Notes under the pieces: model-generated
The model's database searches: none
What the model saw: only the letters and a program-made list of their open reading frames with translations
What the model was told of the DNA's origin: nothing
Made by a program: the position numbers and the translations under genes
NCBI GenBank assembly: GCA_035562735.1
Contig: DATMWB010000003.1
Location: forward strand, 44,232-108,231
Length of the DNA: 64,000 nt
Reading direction: 5' to 3'
Source: Candidatus Methanoperedens sp.
GTDB taxonomy: Bacteria; Patescibacteriota; Microgenomatia; UBA12405
Shown here: piece by piece, positions 60,201 through 64,000 of the stretch
How the letters are laid out: every line of letters starts with the position of its first letter
Numbering within the stretch: the stretch's first letter is position 1

Positions 60201-60713
60201 ATGAGACATCGAATATCTGGTCGACAATTAGGACGTAATATCAACGAACGCCAATCTCTCTATCGTTCTCAGTTGCGCAGTCTTTTCACTTATGGTTTTA
60301 TCAAAACCACCACCGCCAAAGCAAAATCTATAATGCCTTTGGCAGAAAAAATTGCTGCCGCTGCAGTAAAAGCAGATCTAAACTCTCGTCGCTATATTTT
60401 TACCTTCTTTCAAGATAGAAATGTTGTCAACAATATTGTCACCGCATTTTCAACCACTTTTTCTGGTCAAACCCAAAATTTTACCCAGATGAACAACGTC
60501 AAGTTTCGACAAGGTGATAATGCCTTGATTGTCAAACTAAGTTTTATCAAAGAAATAAACACCTTACCCAAGGAGATTTCCAAGCAAGATAAAAAAGCTG
60601 CTTCAGACAAAATAAAAACCTCCTTTGGTGGTAAAAAAGTTGCTGTAAAAAAGGAGACTGTAAAAAAAGAAGTTACTAAAAAAGTCGTTAAAAAAGGGGA
60701 AACTAAAAAATGA
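60201..60713 (+). CDS. rplQ: 50S ribosomal protein L17 with Lys-rich C-terminal tail
   Basis: MRHR...RQLGR, IKTT.AKAK, R.GDNA. Confidence 0.95.
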   Translation: MRHRISGRQLGRNINERQSLYRSQLRSLFTYGFIKTTTAKAKSIMPLAEKIAAAAVKADLNSRRYIFTFFQDRNVVNNIVTAFSTTFSGQTQNFTQMNNVKFRQGDNALIVKLSFIKEINTLPKEISKQDKKAASDKIKTSFGGKKVAVKKETVKKEVTKKVVKKGETKK

Positions 60714-61132
60714 AATCAAAAACCACTGTTTTAAAAGGAAGTAATCCAGTCCGTTCCTGGGTTTTAGTTGACTTGTCAGGTAAAACATTGGGACGTGCCG
60801 CCACAGAAATTGCTGCGGTACTCATGGGAAAAAACAAAGCCACTTTTTCATATCATCGAGATGATGGTGATTATGTAGTAGCTATCAATGCCAAGGATAT
60901 TGTTGTTACCGGAAAAAAACTAAAGCAAAAAATATATTATCACCATACTGCATTCGCCGGACATTTAAAAGAAATGAGTCTAAAAGAACTGATGGTCAAG
61001 GATCCTCGCAAAGTAATTGAATTTGCTGTTCATGGCATGCTTCCTAAAAATCATCTTCGACCTCTTAGAATGCGCCGTTTAAAAATTTCTGCAAATGCAG
61101 AACACAAATATACCGAAAAATTAGGTAAATAA
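60710..61132 (+). CDS. rplM: 50S ribosomal protein L13
   Basis: W.LVD....LGR, GDYVVAINA, GMLPKN. Confidence 0.96.
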   Translation: MKSKTTVLKGSNPVRSWVLVDLSGKTLGRAATEIAAVLMGKNKATFSYHRDDGDYVVAINAKDIVVTGKKLKQKIYYHHTAFAGHLKEMSLKELMVKDPRKVIEFAVHGMLPKNHLRPLRMRRLKISANAEHKYTEKLGK

Positions 61133-61134
61133 TT

Positions 61135-61551
61135 ATGGCAACTCCAAAAACCACCAAAAAAACCGCCAATACTTATGTTTACGCCCTCGGTCGTCGTAAA
61201 TCTGCTGTTGCTACCATCAAATTATTTTCTGGAAAAGGTGATTCAACCATCAACGCTCGAGAAATTAATAAATACTTCCCCTTAACTTTTTCTCGTCTCG
61301 AGCTACCATTCAAAACAACTGGAACGGAAGGAAAATTTCATTTTTCTGCCAAAATTGTTGGCGGTGGAAGAACCGGTCAATTAGCCGCTCTGATTTTAGC
61401 CATATCCCGCGCTCTTAAAAAGGGCAATCCTGACATGACCCTCGCTTTAGCTCAAGCAGGACTTTTGACTGTTGACGCTAGAGTTCGTGAAAGAAGAATG
61501 GTTGGTACCGGCGGTAAAGCTCGTAAACAAAAGCAATCTCCAAAGCGTTAA
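61135..61551 (+). CDS. rpsI: 30S ribosomal protein S9
   Basis: GRRKSAVA, GGG..GQ, ISRAL, D.R.RER, KR end. Confidence 0.96.
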   Translation: MATPKTTKKTANTYVYALGRRKSAVATIKLFSGKGDSTINAREINKYFPLTFSRLELPFKTTGTEGKFHFSAKIVGGGRTGQLAALILAISRALKKGNPDMTLALAQAGLLTVDARVRERRMVGTGGKARKQKQSPKR

Positions 61552-61558
61552 TATTCTT

Positions 61559-61628
61559 GTCATTGCGACCACCTTCGTCATTTTGACTACCTTCGTCATT
61601 GCGAGGAGGTACTCCGACGAAGCAATCT
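61559..61628 (+). repeat. CGTC-type REP-like element with two 18-bp tandem head copies
   Basis: GTCATTGCGACCACCTTC GTCATTTTGACTACCTTC GTCATTGCGAGGAGGTACTCCGACGAAGCAATCT. Confidence 0.9.
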
Positions 61629-61641
61629 CTCTTAAAACCTC

Positions 61642-61667
61642 AAACCCGCCTCTCCGGCGGGTTTTTT
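61642..61667 (+). terminator. intrinsic terminator ending the ribosomal superoperon
   Basis: AAACCCGCC-TCTCC-GGCGGGTTTTTT. Confidence 0.88.
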
Positions 61668-61692
61668 AAATTTTTCATAGTAAAATAAACTC

Positions 61693-62421
61693 ATGTCTTT
61701 TATCCAATCTCTTATTCTTTCTATTATTCAGGGTATTACTGAATTTTTACCCGTATCTTCCTCTGGTCATTTAAATTTATTTCAACACTTTTTTGGCTTA
61801 ACTCCTTCATTAGGTTTTGATATTTTTCTTAACACTGCTACCTTATTATCTGTTCTATTCTTTTTTCGCCTTAGAATCAAGTTCTTTTTTTCTCACTTAC
61901 CCCAAATTATTGTTGCCTCAATTCCGGCTGCCTTTGTCGGTATATTTTTAAATGACAATGTCGAATCAATATTTTCTAATTATTCTCTCTTACCGTTATT
62001 TTTTATAATTAATTCATCAATTTTATTAACCACAAAAAGATCAAGGGGTGAAAAATCAGAAATAACCCTACTACAGGCAATTATAATCGGTATATCTCAA
62101 GCCTTTGCCATACTCCCGGGAGTATCCCGCGCTGGCACTACCATTGCCACTGCTCTTGCCCTTGGTCTTTCACCAGAAACTGCCTTTAATTTTTCCTTTT
62201 GTCTTTTTATTCCCGCCTCACTTGGAGCCATAGTTCTTGGAGTTACCAATCTCGACTTGACTTCTTATCTAAATATCCAATATTTGGCTTCTTTTCTACT
62301 TACTTTTATTGTCGGTTTATTTTCCCTAAACATACTCCAAAAAGTCCTAAAAAATCGTCAAATTTGGTTCTTTGGAATATATACTCTATTTTTAGCTCTT
62401 CTTTTGCTTTTTCTAACCTAA
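61693..62421 (+). CDS. uppP: undecaprenyl-diphosphate phosphatase
   Basis: QGITEFLPVSSSGHL, Q.FA.LPGVSR.G.T; multiple TMs. Confidence 0.95.
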   Translation: MSFIQSLILSIIQGITEFLPVSSSGHLNLFQHFFGLTPSLGFDIFLNTATLLSVLFFFRLRIKFFFSHLPQIIVASIPAAFVGIFLNDNVESIFSNYSLLPLFFIINSSILLTTKRSRGEKSEITLLQAIIIGISQAFAILPGVSRAGTTIATALALGLSPETAFNFSFCLFIPASLGAIVLGVTNLDLTSYLNIQYLASFLLTFIVGLFSLNILQKVLKNRQIWFFGIYTLFLALLLLFLT

Positions 62422-62576
62422 GCTTCTGCTATTGGACCCTTTAGCTTCACTTCGTTAAACTTTTTTATATTTTTTATGGTTTTTTTAAGCGCCTTATATC
62501 GTTTTTCCACGTCACTGGCTTCGGTAAAGATTTCTGATACCACCAACAATTCCTTATCACTATTTTTCTTTGTCAT
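62418..62576 (-). CDS. small hypothetical protein (52 aa, not in the ORF track)
   Basis: MTKKNSDKELLVVSEIFTEASDVEKRYKALKKTIKNIKKFNEVKLKGPIAEA*; its stop overlaps the uppP stop. Confidence 0.5.
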   Translation of the reverse strand: MTKKNSDKELLVVSEIFTEASDVEKRYKALKKTIKNIKKFNEVKLKGPIAEA

Positions 62577-62657
62577 TTTTTTATATAAATTTTGGTTTCA
62601 GTTTTGAGGAGTTATTTAAAAATAATTTAGATAAAAATTAGTTAAATAATATTCTCT

Positions 62658-62689
62658 CCCCTCCTTTCAAAGGAGGGGCAGGGGAGGTT
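62658..62689. repeat. CCCC/GGGG palindromic element at the 3' end of the beta-subunit gene
   Basis: CCCCTCCTTTCAAAGGAGGGG-CA-GGGGAGGTT. Confidence 0.7.
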
Positions 62690-63311
62690 AACTTTGTTTT
62701 AATTGTTTTCCAAAACTTACACACAGCTGTTCCAAATCTAAAAGATGAAAACCTTTGTGACTTATGGCCCTTTCCATCGCCTCATTCACTTTTAGAGGTT
62801 CTTTACAATCAAGATGTTCAGCAGTCACTTCTGGATTTACAGTTTTTAGTAACTCCACTGGCATCAAAGCCACACTTGGTACACCGTGAGGTGTCGATTT
62901 TGTCTTGGTCCCCTTTGGAGTAGTAGGGCTACTTTGACCAGTAGTCAGAGAATAGAGATGGTTATTGGCCACGATTACGGTAATATCGATGTTTAATCTA
63001 GCTGCGGCTATCAAGTGACTCAATCCTTCACCATAAATTCCTCCGTCACCACCAATAGCAATCACATTTAGTTCGGGGTTGGCCAATTTTATTCCCACTG
63101 CAGTTGAAATAGATCTACCATGAAGAGAGTGGACTCCCCACCCTTTAACGAAGTCAGCCATGTTACCAATACAACCAATATCATAGACAATAACAGTCTT
63201 ATCTTGGTCAAGATTTAATTTTGCCAAAGTACCCTGTAAACCAGCAAAAATAACATAATCTTCACACCCAGGACACCATGTAGGGATAACCCCTGATCGC
63301 CAATTAGTCAT
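62688..63311 (-). CDS. 2-oxoacid:ferredoxin oxidoreductase beta subunit (short)
   Basis: TWCPGC, IGC, LHGR, GGDGG, NN..Y.LT.GQ.SPTT. Confidence 0.92.
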   Translation of the reverse strand: MTNWRSGVIPTWCPGCEDYVIFAGLQGTLAKLNLDQDKTVIVYDIGCIGNMADFVKGWGVHSLHGRSISTAVGIKLANPELNVIAIGGDGGIYGEGLSHLIAAARLNIDITVIVANNHLYSLTTGQSSPTTPKGTKTKSTPHGVPSVALMPVELLKTVNPEVTAEHLDCKEPLKVNEAMERAISHKGFHLLDLEQLCVSFGKQLKQS

Positions 63312-64000
63312 TTAGTTCCTCCTTTAATTCTTCCGGAAAGAAAGGCCTTCCGTCATATTTTAATATTTTTTTAGTAAACTCAACTGTCATTTTTGATTTT
63401 AAAAGAGATTCAAGTTGGGCTGTGGCATTATTTTCCACTAATATCTTTTCTGAAAAACCATTTATTATTTGACCTATCCTTGGGTCTATTGGCCATAAGC
63501 CCTTGAGCTGTAAAAAGGCAAAATCTTCTTTGTTTTCCATTTCTTTTAAGGCTTCTAAAATCGCTCCCTTTGTCGAACCCCAAGAAACAATTATCTTTTT
63601 AGCCTTATCACTACCATATAAGTTTACCTTTGGCATCGCCTCTAAAATATCCTTTTCTTTATTCAATCTCAAATCCATGGCTTTCTTACTTTCCGCCGCT
63701 TCTTCCACAGAATAACCATCCTCATTATGCTCATAACTATTATATAGTTTAATTGTGTGACCCTTCCCCGGAATTTGTTTGGTACTAACAACGACTTCTT
63801 TCTCATCAATATTAAAGTCTTTTGTATTAGCACTACTTTCTGAGAGATTTTTATCTGAAAGCATTATCACTGGAATATCAAACTTATTGGCCAAATTTAA
63901 AGACAACTTACTAAGTTCATAGGCTTCTTCATGATCACCAGCCGCCAGTACTACCTTGGGAAATTCTCCATGACCGCTATGAATGGCAAACAACAAATCA
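63304..64000 (-). CDS. 2-oxoacid:ferredoxin oxidoreductase alpha subunit (5' partial)
   Basis: GHGEFPKVVLA, EHNEDG, SWGSTKG, VENNATAQL, KYDGRPF. Confidence 0.92.
   Translation of the reverse strand, partial: DLLFAIHSGHGEFPKVVLAAGDHEEAYELSKLSLNLANKFDIPVIMLSDKNLSESSANTKDFNIDEKEVVVSTKQIPGKGHTIKLYNSYEHNEDGYSVEEAAESKKAMDLRLNKEKDILEAMPKVNLYGSDKAKKIIVSWGSTKGAILEALKEMENKEDFAFLQLKGLWPIDPRIGQIINGFSEKILVENNATAQLESLLKSKMTVEFTKKILKYDGRPFFPEELKEELND

Noticed and set aside
61531-61540. AAGCAATCT inside the 3' end of rpsI as another REP copy
   Set aside because: No upstream CGTCATTGCGAG arm; explained by codons for KQS
61559-61628. Tandem GTCATT repeats as a mini CRISPR array
   Set aside because: 18-bp period with no unique spacers and no cas genes; they are reiterated heads of the REP-like element
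61472-61669. 65-aa ORF containing VIATTFVILTTFVIARR
   Set aside because: Overlaps rpsI in another frame and runs through the REP and terminator; it only shows that the repeat is frame-open
62444-62456. GCTTCACTTCGTT resembling an inverted REP interior
   Set aside because: Only 13 nt with no arms; could be chance
1770-63715. Many short antisense or alternate-frame ORFs in the track (e.g. 10217-10636, 27417-27785, 54672-55052, 58027-58473)
   Set aside because: Fully overlap well-conserved genes, with no motifs or initiation signals; shadow ORFs

Overview
AT-rich bacterial chromosome segment, most likely Patescibacteria/CPR (Microgenomates-like; inferred from no uL30 gene between rpsE and rplO, a truncated AlaRS, CPR-style surface proteins, and TGA used as stop). 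It runs rpsO-pnp, a protease-less Lon-like ATPase, udg, rnj, proS, ftsK, alaS, a sortase/ruvX/mltG cluster, miaB-like, then rpoB-rpoC-rpsL-rpsG. An ~8 kb sugar-tailoring insert (rfbB/C/D, radical SAM, FAD oxidoreductase) splits the str operon. Then fusA, an orphan, tuf, the S10-spc-alpha-L13/S9 superoperon, uppP and 2-oxoacid:ferredoxin oxidoreductase genes. Most notable: (1) two families of short palindromic REP-like elements that sit beside terminators and also lie in-frame inside three proteins (AlaRS, MiaB-like, FAD oxidoreductase); (2) about 14 genes with a -10 box 5-8 nt before the start codon, implying widespread leaderless translation; (3) two orphan genes with their own promoter, SD and UUCG-capped structured UTRs; (4) an atypical EF-Tu switch I, a remodelled RpoB rifampicin pocket and an altered RpoC trigger loop. 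No tRNA, rRNA, CRISPR array or transposase was recognised. All calls are by eye, without database searches.
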